Shown here one piece after another: positions 30,578-39,548 of a stretch of DNA of 64,000 nucleotides (the first letter of the stretch is position 1; every line of letters begins with the position of its first letter). Source of the DNA: an uncultured Pelagibacteraceae bacterium. GTDB taxonomy: Bacteria; Pseudomonadota; Alphaproteobacteria; Pelagibacterales; Pelagibacteraceae. Both the position numbers and the translations under genes were made by a program. The DNA is taken from positions 8,433 to 72,432 of the forward strand of contig CACGJB010000002.1 in the NCBI GenBank assembly GCA_902573295.1, written 5' to 3'. A model generated the notes under the pieces. The model was not told the origin of the DNA and made no database searches. It saw only the letters and a list, made by a program, of their open reading frames with translations.

Positions 30578-31051
30578 ATGATTGAACAAATTTATACTTA
30601 TTTTACAATTGAGACACTTTACATGTGGATCAACCTTGGTGTTCTGCCATTTTGGTTGATCTTAATTATATTTCCCCAATCACATTTAAGTAGAATTTTT
30701 GTAACATCAATTTTTCCTTTTTTCATATTAAGCGGTGTGTATATCTTTATTTTATACAAATCTTACTTAACTGGTTACGACTTTGATGGGAACTTTACCC
30801 TTTATCTAGGTCTAAATGAATTATCTAGATTATTTGAAGATCATTTATACATAATGACGTTTTGGATTCATTTTATATCGATAAACTTATTTATTGGTGG
30901 CTGGATTGTTAAAGATTCTCAAAAGTTCTCAATTAATAAAGTTCTATTAGCTATTCCTTTAATTGTTACTTATTTAATTGGTCCAATAGGTTTATTTTTC
31001 TATTGGATAATCAGAATTTTTTACGCAAAAAGAATTAGTTTATATGAGTAA
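30578..31051 (+). CDS. ABA4-like/DUF4281 membrane protein
   Basis: LPFWLILI, WIHFISINLFIG, GPIGL. Confidence 0.8.
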   Translation: MIEQIYTYFTIETLYMWINLGVLPFWLILIIFPQSHLSRIFVTSIFPFFILSGVYIFILYKSYLTGYDFDGNFTLYLGLNELSRLFEDHLYIMTFWIHFISINLFIGGWIVKDSQKFSINKVLLAIPLIVTYLIGPIGLFFYWIIRIFYAKRISLYE

Positions 31052-31622
31052 TCATATAGATTTTTATTTCGATATAATTAGCCCATATGCATATATTGCT
31101 CACAAAAAAATTCTTAAACATAAAAATATTGTTTTTAATTACAAACCAATTTATTTAGGAGGTCTTCATAAGCTAGCTGGAATTGATTCTCCTGCATTTA
31201 ATGAATATAAATTGAGAAATAATATAAATGATTGCAACCTAGTGTCTGAAAAAAATAATATTGAATTCAAATGGAATTCTAATTTTCCAATTAATTCTTT
31301 AAATATTATGAGAGGTTATATTAGTGTTAACAAGGATAAGCAAAATGATTACTTAAATTGTTTTTTTGATGCTTATTGGAAAGACAATCTTGACTTATCA
31401 AATATTAAAAATATATCTAAATTAATAAGCGAATTAAAAATTGATAGTGAGCAATTTTTTCAAACTATAAAAGAACAATCTGTTAAAGATAAATTGATTA
31501 AATTAACCACTGATGCTTTTCAAAAAGAAGTTTTTGGAACTCCGACTTTTATAGTTAATAATAAAATCTTTTGGGGACAAGATAGACTTGAATATGCTTT
31601 AGAACAATTTAATGCTAATTAA
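31044..31622 (+). CDS. DsbA-family 2-hydroxychromene-2-carboxylate isomerase/GST kappa-like protein
   Basis: FYFDIISPYAY, FGTPTF, FWGQDR. Confidence 0.88.
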   Translation: MSNHIDFYFDIISPYAYIAHKKILKHKNIVFNYKPIYLGGLHKLAGIDSPAFNEYKLRNNINDCNLVSEKNNIEFKWNSNFPINSLNIMRGYISVNKDKQNDYLNCFFDAYWKDNLDLSNIKNISKLISELKIDSEQFFQTIKEQSVKDKLIKLTTDAFQKEVFGTPTFIVNNKIFWGQDRLEYALEQFNAN

Positions 31623-32002
31623 ATTATTTTAAATTTACTGGTAGACATAGATCCAAACCCACCATCAATATGTGATACTTTTTGATATCCCATATCTTTT
31701 AATGATTTTACAGCTAAAGCAGATCTTACTCCTCCTGCACAGAATAAAATAAATTCTTTATTTTGGTCTATTTGTCCATTTTGAAATACAGGGCTATTTG
31801 GATCTAAATAAACTTCTAGCATTCCTCTTGGAATATGACTTGCTCCCTCAACCTTTCCAGTATTTTCTAATTCATTAATTTCTCGTATATCTATTAAATT
31901 ACAATTTTCATTTTTAAACATTTCATGAGCCTCATCTGCTGAAATAGTTTTTATTTGGTTAATGATCTCAGATATTAATGTTTGAAGTGATTTAATAGCC
32001 AT
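31619..32002 (-). CDS. Rhodanese domain protein
   Basis: IDIRE, IPRGMLE, FCAGGVRS. Confidence 0.9.
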   Translation of the reverse strand: MAIKSLQTLISEIINQIKTISADEAHEMFKNENCNLIDIREINELENTGKVEGASHIPRGMLEVYLDPNSPVFQNGQIDQNKEFILFCAGGVRSALAVKSLKDMGYQKVSHIDGGFGSMSTSKFKII

Positions 32003-32059
32003 AGATATTTTAATATAGTAATTTATATTAATTTCCAAATAAAAATAACATTTAAAACA

Positions 32060-33040
32060 GTGAAAAAAATATTAAAAAAAATATTAATCAAGTTAAACAG
32101 GGTTTGTGGATTTGAAATTATTGACCAAAATGAATTTTCTTTTCCATCATTAAAAAATAAAACTTTTAATGATCTTAGTTCACTTAATCAAAAATCTATT
32201 GTTATTCCATTGGGTGAAGTAAAAATAACACGAAAAATAAAATCATTAGGAATCATTGTTAGAACAAATTCTAACATTCATATTTCTGATCAAAATAAAA
32301 AAAGAATATTTAATGAAGATAAATTAGATTATATCTTAAAGTCACTAAAATCACTTGTTATAACAATAAATTCTTTTAATAAAAAATTTCCAAATCTTAA
32401 AATAAACCTGACATTAATAGATCAAAGCAATTCTGAAATTGTCAATCAAAAATTTAATGAAATTTTATCAAAACTAAATTTTAAAACTAAGTTAATACCA
32501 TTTGATAAAAATGAATTTAAAAATGAAATTAATTTAGACTATAATAAAGATGTTTTTGGAAATTTAAGTAGTCTATTGAAATGCTTTAAAGTTGGAAAAG
32601 AAAACAAAGATGATTTGGTATTATTTTTAGAGGACGACTATTTGCATAAAGAAACCATGATTGAAGAAATGGTCATGACTTATGAAAGAATATCTTCGCA
32701 ATTAAAAAAAGAATTAATTATTGTTCCTTCAGATTATCCATACCTATATTTGAAAGAAAGACATACAAATATTTTAGCTGGTAGCCATAGACATTGGCAA
32801 ACATTAGATAAGATTCTCTGTAGCTTCATGACGAGTAATCAAATTTTAAATGATTACTGGGATAACTTTGTATTAACCTGTAAAGATCATAATGATCCAA
32901 TTGAAAAGTATCTTAATGAAATTTGCAAAAAGGAAATATGTATCTCACCAATACCATCATTGTCTATACATATGGCAAATGCTAATTCAATTTTTGGAAT
33001 TTCCCCATTCGTTGATGTAAAAAATGATTGGAAAAAATAA
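32060..33040 (+). CDS. Putative glycosyltransferase (GT-A-like)
   Basis: FLEDDYLH DxD-type motif; next to rfbFG. Confidence 0.6.
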   Translation: MKKILKKILIKLNRVCGFEIIDQNEFSFPSLKNKTFNDLSSLNQKSIVIPLGEVKITRKIKSLGIIVRTNSNIHISDQNKKRIFNEDKLDYILKSLKSLVITINSFNKKFPNLKINLTLIDQSNSEIVNQKFNEILSKLNFKTKLIPFDKNEFKNEINLDYNKDVFGNLSSLLKCFKVGKENKDDLVLFLEDDYLHKETMIEEMVMTYERISSQLKKELIIVPSDYPYLYLKERHTNILAGSHRHWQTLDKILCSFMTSNQILNDYWDNFVLTCKDHNDPIEKYLNEICKKEICISPIPSLSIHMANANSIFGISPFVDVKNDWKK

Positions 33041-33045
33041 TTTTT

Positions 33046-33474
33046 TTATTTAATAAAATGTCCATTTATCTCAATAGATTTTATGGACTCTTTATCAGAA
33101 TGAGGATTGTTAATTAAATTTGCAATAACTGATTTTTTTTTCTTAGTAGTAAATGAAAACCATACTCCTGGTGGCACTATCAAAATATTATCTTTTGACT
33201 TGCTTAGGGTAATTAGTTCTTCGCACTCAAAAGTCTTAGATTTTTTTCTTCCATCAAATAATCTAAAGATTACCTCTCCACAAACAGTGGTAAAAATACA
33301 TTGATTTTTTTTATGAAGGATCCATCCTTTTTTTTTATTATAGTTTATCTCATTAAAGTAAACTTCTCCAAATGTTTTAAAAAAATTATTTTTTTTTGAT
33401 ACAAATTTTATCAGATCACCTTTTGAATTTTTAAAAATACTTTGTTTAATTTTTTTAACGCCAATTATTTTCAT
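33046..33474 (-). CDS. NDP-4-keto-6-deoxyhexose 3,5-epimerase-like cupin (RfbC/WbcA-like)
   Basis: FGEVYF, KGWILH, VPPGVWFSF. Confidence 0.8.
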   Translation of the reverse strand: MKIIGVKKIKQSIFKNSKGDLIKFVSKKNNFFKTFGEVYFNEINYNKKKGWILHKKNQCIFTTVCGEVIFRLFDGRKKSKTFECEELITLSKSKDNILIVPPGVWFSFTTKKKKSVIANLINNPHSDKESIKSIEINGHFIK

Positions 33475-34528
33475 TCATGTATTCTAAAATTTGATTTATT
33501 GTAATTTTAAATGGATCTTTTTTATGTTTAAATACATCTTTGTACCATTCTGTGGTAATTTTTACTCCATTTTTAACTGAATAAGTTGGATGCCAGTCTA
33601 AATATTTTTTAGCTTTTTTAATATCTAACTGCAAATTTTTTTGCTCATAATACTTAACTTTTTTATTATATTTAATCTTTCCGTTTCCCCAAAAAGAAAT
33701 CATATATTCTACTATTTCTTTAACACTTTTTATTGAATTATTTTTTGTTCCAAAATTCCAAGCATCAGAGAATTTATTTGGATTTATAAATTGTTTCTTA
33801 GCTAATATTAAATAACCTCTCAAGGGTTCTAGCACGTGTTGCCAGGGTCTATTAAAATTTGGATTTCTTAAATATATTGACTTGCCCTTTAAAAGAGATC
33901 TGATGCCATCAGGTATTAACCTATTAGCTGACCAATCACCTCCACCTATAACATTTCCTGCTCGAGCACTAGAAATACCGCACTTTCTTTTGTCTTTAAA
34001 AAAACTTTCTCGATATGCTCTAATAATTAATTCAGATGAAGATTTAGATGCACTATAAGGGTCAATACCCCCTAGCACATCGTGTTCTTTATATCTTGTA
34101 AGTTTACCAACGTTTTCATAACATTTGTCTGATGTAATCATTACAACCGATTTAACAAATGCATAGTTTTTTGATGCCTCTAAAATGTTAAGCGTACCTC
34201 CAACATTTACATCAATTGTTTTATGTGGCTTAAGATACGACTCAATAATCAAAGGTTGCGCAGCTAAATGAAAAATAATTGAAGGTTTAGATTTTAGTAT
34301 AAATTTATCTAATCTCTTTTTATCTCTGATATCAAATATTCCTAACTTTATTTTTTTGTTAAGTTTTAATTGATAAAATAAATTTTTATTTTGATTAGGA
34401 CTATAACCTGTTCCATAAACTTTTGCTCCCATATGCAAAAGCCAACAACATAACCATGAACCTTTAAATCCTGTTGCACCTGTAACAAGAATTTTTTTAT
34501 TTTTGTAAAAACTATTCATTTTTTCCAT
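33455..34528 (-). CDS. rfbG: CDP-glucose 4,6-dehydratase
   Basis: TGATGFKGSWL, HLAAQPL, TSDKCY, RAGNVIGGGDW, RPWQHVLEP. Confidence 0.95.
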   Translation of the reverse strand: MEKMNSFYKNKKILVTGATGFKGSWLCCWLLHMGAKVYGTGYSPNQNKNLFYQLKLNKKIKLGIFDIRDKKRLDKFILKSKPSIIFHLAAQPLIIESYLKPHKTIDVNVGGTLNILEASKNYAFVKSVVMITSDKCYENVGKLTRYKEHDVLGGIDPYSASKSSSELIIRAYRESFFKDKRKCGISSARAGNVIGGGDWSANRLIPDGIRSLLKGKSIYLRNPNFNRPWQHVLEPLRGYLILAKKQFINPNKFSDAWNFGTKNNSIKSVKEIVEYMISFWGNGKIKYNKKVKYYEQKNLQLDIKKAKKYLDWHPTYSVKNGVKITTEWYKDVFKHKKDPFKITINQILEYMNENNWR

Positions 34529-35217
34529 ACTGAACCTTGTGAATTTAATATTTTTTCTAAATCTATTTTATCTCTAATTGTATCCATACATTTCCAAAAA
34601 TGTTCATGCTTAAAAGCTTTAAGGTTGTTATCATTGCATAGATTTGTCATTGGCTCTTTTTCAAATAAAGTTTGATCATTATCGATATAATCAAAAACTT
34701 TTGAGTTCAATACAAAATATCCTCCATTGATCCATCCAGCACTAGTTTGTGGTTTTTCCTCGAATTTAGTTACATCATCTCCCTTAATTTCCAATTCGCC
34801 AAATCTTACTGGAGGGTGTACAGCTGTAACTGATGCAATCTTTTTATGTTTTAAATGAAATTGAATTAAACTATCTAAATTAATAGAACATAAACCATCA
34901 CCATAAGTCATAAAAAAATTTTCATTTTTATCAAAGTATGATTTTAATCTTAAAATTCTCCCACCTGTCATTGTATTTTGTCCGGTATCTACAACAGTCA
35001 AGTTCTTAAACTCTTTAGAATTTTTATAATATTCAGTTATCACATCTTTTTTATAACCTGCGGCAACTATAAATTCATCATGTCCATAAGACTGATAAAA
35101 ATTCATTATGTGACTAAGTATAGGCTTGTCTCCAATTTGAACCATTGGTTTAGGAATTTTATCTGTATACTCAGCTAATCTTGTCCCAAATCCACCAGCT
35201 AAAATTACTGTTTTCAT
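34516..35217 (-). CDS. rfbF: Glucose-1-phosphate cytidylyltransferase
   Basis: ILAGGFGTRL, PKPMV, DTG..TMTGGR, TYGDG, WINGG. Confidence 0.9.
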   Translation of the reverse strand: MKTVILAGGFGTRLAEYTDKIPKPMVQIGDKPILSHIMNFYQSYGHDEFIVAAGYKKDVITEYYKNSKEFKNLTVVDTGQNTMTGGRILRLKSYFDKNENFFMTYGDGLCSINLDSLIQFHLKHKKIASVTAVHPPVRFGELEIKGDDVTKFEEKPQTSAGWINGGYFVLNSKVFDYIDNDQTLFEKEPMTNLCNDNNLKAFKHEHFWKCMDTIRDKIDLEKILNSQGSVWKK

Positions 35218-35293
35218 ATTTATTGATTCCAAAATGTGTATATCGTAAAAATAGTTACTTCATAACCAAAATCAACAAAATAGGGTATTTATA

Positions 35294-35764
35294 ATGATTA
35301 AAGAAAAAAATTTAGCTCCAACTTTTAAACTTCCTTCAACAAATAAAAAAGAATTTTCATTAAAAGATTCTTTAGGTAATTATGTTGTTTTATACTTTTA
35401 TCCAAAAGATGACACCCCAGGATGTACAATTGAAACTAATGATTTTAATAAATTATTACCAAAATTTAAAAAATTAAATTGTGAAATATTGGGTATTTCT
35501 AAAGATAATTTAAAAAGTCATGACAAATTCAGAGATAAATACAAAATTAAATTTGATTTATTGGCTGATGAAGAAAAAAAGGTATTAAAAAAATACAAAG
35601 TATGGGCTAAAAAAAAATTCATGGGAAGAGAGTTTATGGGAATAATTAGAACAACTTTTTTGATTGATAAAAAAGGTAAAATACTCAAAGTTTGGGAAAA
35701 CGTTAAAGTAAAAGACCACGCTAAAGAAGTATTAGAAACTTTGCAAAATATTGTGAAAAAATAA
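35294..35764 (+). CDS. bcp: Peroxiredoxin Bcp
   Basis: YFYPKDDTPGCT. Confidence 0.95.
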   Translation: MIKEKNLAPTFKLPSTNKKEFSLKDSLGNYVVLYFYPKDDTPGCTIETNDFNKLLPKFKKLNCEILGISKDNLKSHDKFRDKYKIKFDLLADEEKKVLKKYKVWAKKKFMGREFMGIIRTTFLIDKKGKILKVWENVKVKDHAKEVLETLQNIVKK

Positions 35765-35796
35765 AATTAAAATGCCCCGATTGGGGCATTTTAATT
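35765..35796. terminator. Bidirectional terminator between convergent bcp and amtB
   Basis: 14-bp inverted repeat AATTAAAATGCCCC-gatt-GGGGCATTTTAATT. Confidence 0.88.
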
Positions 35797-35821
35797 ACTT
35801 ACTAGAGAGAGAAATTTATTT

Positions 35822-35868
35822 TAGAGGCCCTTCGATGAGATAACGACATGGAGATCGAAGAGCCTCTA
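35822..35868 (-). other. Extra stem-loop in the amtB 3'UTR (candidate structured RNA)
   Basis: 15-bp stem, fully paired on the minus strand with one G-U; loop CUCCAUGUCGUUAUCUC. Confidence 0.6.
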
Positions 35869-35880
35869 CATTGTATACAA

Positions 35881-37182
35881 TTAGTCTCGTATTGCATATG
35901 CAATCACACCAGTCTCGGTGACATCTGTACCTTTAGTTTCACCTTCTTTACTTAACCTTAGACCAATGGTTGCTTTGATAGCACTAAACACAATGTAAGC
36001 GATTATGAATACAAATATATTTACAGCTAATACACCAATTAATTGTGTGCTAAAATTTGCACCAGAATTTGTAGCTGGAACGATTAATGTTCCCCAAATT
36101 CCTGCAAATAAGTGTGCTGGAATTGCTCCTACTACATCATCAATTTTTAATGAGAATAATAGTTTTGTACCGTACACTACGATTAAACCTCCTACGGCAC
36201 CAATTAATATAGCTGCTAAAGGTGATGGAGCTAATGGTTCAGCTGTAATTGCAACTAATCCACCAATACACCCATTTAACATTTGAATTACATCCGTTTT
36301 ACCAAAATGTAGTCTTGTAATTACTGCGGCACCCATTACTCCGCCAGCACCAGCTAAAAATGTATTAATGAAAATTGTTGATACTGCTATAGCATCATCT
36401 GCAGTTCCCATAGCTAATTGTGAACCACCGTTGAAACCAAACCAACCTAGCCATAAAATAAATACTCCGATTGTAACTAATGGTATAGATGAAGCAGCAA
36501 ACGGTTTAAGTGGAGCTGGAACACCAGACTTTGTAAATCTTCCAAGTCTAGGGCCAATAATCATAGCACCAGCTAAAGCCGCAGCACCGCCAGTTGAGTG
36601 TACCAAAGTCGAACCAGCAAAATCAGAAAAACCTAATTCTGCTAACCAGCCTCCACCCCACTGCCAACCCATTACAATTGGATAAATGATTCCCGAAAGT
36701 ATTGCAGCGAATAAGAAAAACGGCCATAATTTAATTCTTTCTGCCATCGTACCAGATACTATAGAAACTGTAGTTGCGCAGAACACCATTTGAAAATACC
36801 AATCAGAACCATCTGCATAACCTGTGTCTACCGCACTAGCATCAGACCATGGTATAAATTTTCCAATATACCCGCCCTCTGGAATACCATAAGCTAAGTT
36901 ATAACCTACCATCCAGAACATAATTCCAGCAATTGAAAATAAACCTATATTTTTTGCACAGATAACGGATACACTTTTTGATGTAACCATACCTGACTCT
37001 AACATTGCAAATCCAGCAGCCATAAACATTACTAAGAAACCACAAATTAGAAATAACAAGGTATTAAATATAAAACCTACCTCGGCAGAAACAGTGGTTT
37101 CTGCCATGCCCGCACTACTCATGTTTAATAAAAATATCAAACTGATTAATGGTGCACTTAATTTTTTTAATAAAATTGTCAT
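35881..37182 (-). CDS. amtB: Ammonium transporter
   Basis: FQMVFCAT, DFAGSTLVH, WFGFNGGS, DDVVGAIPAH; GGAGG RBS before ATG 37182. Confidence 0.96.
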   Translation of the reverse strand: MTILLKKLSAPLISLIFLLNMSSAGMAETTVSAEVGFIFNTLLFLICGFLVMFMAAGFAMLESGMVTSKSVSVICAKNIGLFSIAGIMFWMVGYNLAYGIPEGGYIGKFIPWSDASAVDTGYADGSDWYFQMVFCATTVSIVSGTMAERIKLWPFFLFAAILSGIIYPIVMGWQWGGGWLAELGFSDFAGSTLVHSTGGAAALAGAMIIGPRLGRFTKSGVPAPLKPFAASSIPLVTIGVFILWLGWFGFNGGSQLAMGTADDAIAVSTIFINTFLAGAGGVMGAAVITRLHFGKTDVIQMLNGCIGGLVAITAEPLAPSPLAAILIGAVGGLIVVYGTKLLFSLKIDDVVGAIPAHLFAGIWGTLIVPATNSGANFSTQLIGVLAVNIFVFIIAYIVFSAIKATIGLRLSKEGETKGTDVTETGVIAYAIRD

Positions 37183-37253
37183 AAGACCTCCCATTTAGAA
37201 AGTCTTTATATTTTTTAATTCATATATAACTAACGTTGATTGGGAAAATTGGG

Positions 37254-37270
37254 TATGCAAAATTTGCATA
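37254..37270. promoter_or_regulatory. Palindromic candidate operator upstream of amtB
   Basis: TATGCAAA-A-TTTGCATA. Confidence 0.45.
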
Positions 37271-37273
37271 TAG

Positions 37274-37313
37274 TAACAGCCCTGAACGTTTTTTGAAAAC
37301 GTTAGGGCTGTTA
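37274..37313 (-). terminator. Stem-loop downstream of the HU gene
   Basis: TAACAGCCCT(G)AACGTTTT / AAAACGTTAGGGCTGTTA; no classical 3' U-run. Confidence 0.65.
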
Positions 37314-37323
37314 AAAAAAAATA

Positions 37324-37599
37324 TTATCTGTTGAATACTTCTTTTAAAGCTTTAGCTGGTAAGAATTTTACCTTTTGAGAAGCAGCAATTTGAATCTGCT
37401 CACCCGTTCTAGGGTTTCTTCCAACTCTTGCTTTTCTCTTAGCTACTTTATACGTACCAAACCCAGCAATTTTTACAGAGTCATCACCTTTTAAAGCGTC
37501 TAAAATAGTGTTGGTAATTGTATCAAAAGTTCGCTCAGCATCAGCTTTGCTCAAATTTAATGAGCCAGAAAGCTTAGCAATTAGTTGTTTTTTATTCAT
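37324..37599 (-). CDS. hup: DNA-binding protein HU
   Basis: MNKKQLI, GFGTY, GRNPRTGE. Confidence 0.95.
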   Translation of the reverse strand: MNKKQLIAKLSGSLNLSKADAERTFDTITNTILDALKGDDSVKIAGFGTYKVAKRKARVGRNPRTGEQIQIAASQKVKFLPAKALKEVFNR

Positions 37600-37755
37600 T
37601 TTAGCTCCGGTTTTGTTGATTAATAATTATACTTGTCATAAACGTTGATAAATCAAGCTTTTTTTTAGTGTTTAGTTTTTTAAAACACACAATATATTGT
37701 AAAAACTTAAATTAACGTTGGATTTATTGACTTTTTAAACATTTTAGAATGTGAA

Positions 37756-38868
37756 TTATCTAAATAAACCTAGGTCTTTTAGATCATTAAATGTGGTGAA
37801 AAACATCAATGATAGCAACAAAAACAATCCGATTCGAAAAAAACCTTCTTGAGTTTTTTGAGACAAAGGTCGGCCTAAAACTTTCTCAAATGCATAAAAC
37901 ATTAAATGTCCTCCATCTAACATTGGTATTGGAAATAGATTAATAAGCCCTAAACTTATTGAAATATAAGCCATCATACTAATAAATGCCAACACACCGA
38001 ACGTAGCAACTTGTCCAGAAATTTTAGCAATTCTAATTGGGCCTCCCAATTGAGAAGTGTCTGCTTTACCTAAAATCATTCCTCCGATGTATTTTAATGA
38101 GGAAACGCTTACAAAATAAACTTCATAACCTGCATGATATAAAGCCTGTGCAGGTCCTAATTTAACATGGTTAACTTTATTATTATAAGCACCAAGCTTA
38201 ATACCAACCATTCTTTTATTAATTTTATTTCCCAATCCATCATCACCCTCAACTACATTCGGCTGAATTTTAAGAATTAACTCATCGTAAGAACGCTTAA
38301 CTTTAAAGTCTATAAAATCACCAGTAGACATGGTGATAAATTTAGAAACTTCCATAATACTTTTAACTTCATTACCGTCTATTTCTAAAATTATATCCTC
38401 AGCTTTTAGCCCTCCTACCATTGCAGGACTATCTTTTTGAACTTCATTTATAACAGCAGGAGTAAAATCTTTGCCTATAAATGTATATATTGAAAAAAAT
38501 ATTACTATTGCTAATAAAAAATTAGCTAGTGGACCGCCAAATACAATTAAAACTCTCTGATATAAAGGTTTTAAAATAAATAATTTTTCCCGCTCTTCTT
38601 CGTTATATTTCTCTAAAATTTCTTGATGATCAGCCTGAGAATAAACATTTCTGTCACCAAAAAATTTAACATATCCACCCAGAGGAATTGCGCATATTTT
38701 CCATCTGGTGCCTGATTTATCATTCCAACCAAATAACTCTTTACCAAAACCAATTGAAAAATCTGTAACACCTACTCCATATTTTCTTGCAAAATAATAG
38801 TGTCCATATTCATGTATAAAAACGACTACTAAGATAAGTATTAAAAATGGGATGATATAAGTAAACAT
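37756..38868 (-). CDS. rseP: RIP metalloprotease RseP
   Basis: HEYGH, PDZ domain, NLFPIPMLDGG. Confidence 0.95.
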   Translation of the reverse strand: MFTYIIPFLILILVVVFIHEYGHYYFARKYGVGVTDFSIGFGKELFGWNDKSGTRWKICAIPLGGYVKFFGDRNVYSQADHQEILEKYNEEEREKLFILKPLYQRVLIVFGGPLANFLLAIVIFFSIYTFIGKDFTPAVINEVQKDSPAMVGGLKAEDIILEIDGNEVKSIMEVSKFITMSTGDFIDFKVKRSYDELILKIQPNVVEGDDGLGNKINKRMVGIKLGAYNNKVNHVKLGPAQALYHAGYEVYFVSVSSLKYIGGMILGKADTSQLGGPIRIAKISGQVATFGVLAFISMMAYISISLGLINLFPIPMLDGGHLMFYAFEKVLGRPLSQKTQEGFFRIGLFLLLSLMFFTTFNDLKDLGLFR

Positions 38869-38979
38869 GGTTAAAATATATTATTATTTACAATTAACTC
38901 AATAAGCTAAAATGCCTTATTATTACTAAATTTTACAATTTAGTTTAAATTTTGATCATTAATACTGTATAATGTAGGT

Positions 38980-39465
38980 ATGCCTTCATTTGATGTCATA
39001 AGTAAAATTAATTATCAAGAATTTGATAATGCTTTAGCTAATTGTGTAAGGGAAATTGGAAATCGATATGATTTCAAAGGACTTCATATTTCAATTGAAC
39101 GAAAAGATAAAACAGTCACTACCAATGCACCTGATGAATTGAAATTAAAGCAAGTAAATGAATTGTTGCAAACCCATTTGGTTAGACGAAAAGTAGATCC
39201 AAGGGTTTTAGAAGTTAAAAGTTCTGAAGGAGCCTCAGGAGGATCAATTAGACAATCAAGTGAATTAAAAGAAGGTATAAGTCAAGAAAATGCAAAAAAA
39301 GTAATTGCTGATATAAAAAAGCTTAAACTCAAAATTCAAATTAAAATTCAAGGCGATGAATTAAGAGTAGATGGCAAAAAGAAAGACGATCTTCAAGAAG
39401 CTATGGCTGCAATCAAAACAATTGATATTGGTCTTCCAATAGACTTTGTAAACTTTAGAGATTAA
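38980..39465 (+). CDS. yajQ: YajQ family nucleotide/c-di-GMP-binding protein
   Basis: MPSFDVIS, RYDFKG, C-terminal NFRD. Confidence 0.95.
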   Translation: MPSFDVISKINYQEFDNALANCVREIGNRYDFKGLHISIERKDKTVTTNAPDELKLKQVNELLQTHLVRRKVDPRVLEVKSSEGASGGSIRQSSELKEGISQENAKKVIADIKKLKLKIQIKIQGDELRVDGKKKDDLQEAMAAIKTIDIGLPIDFVNFRD

Positions 39466-39548
39466 TCCTCTCAAACTATTTATTGTATTTAGTAAAAAAA
39501 GATGTAAGCAGACACTCAATTACTTAAATATATATCTTTCCCAACTTA

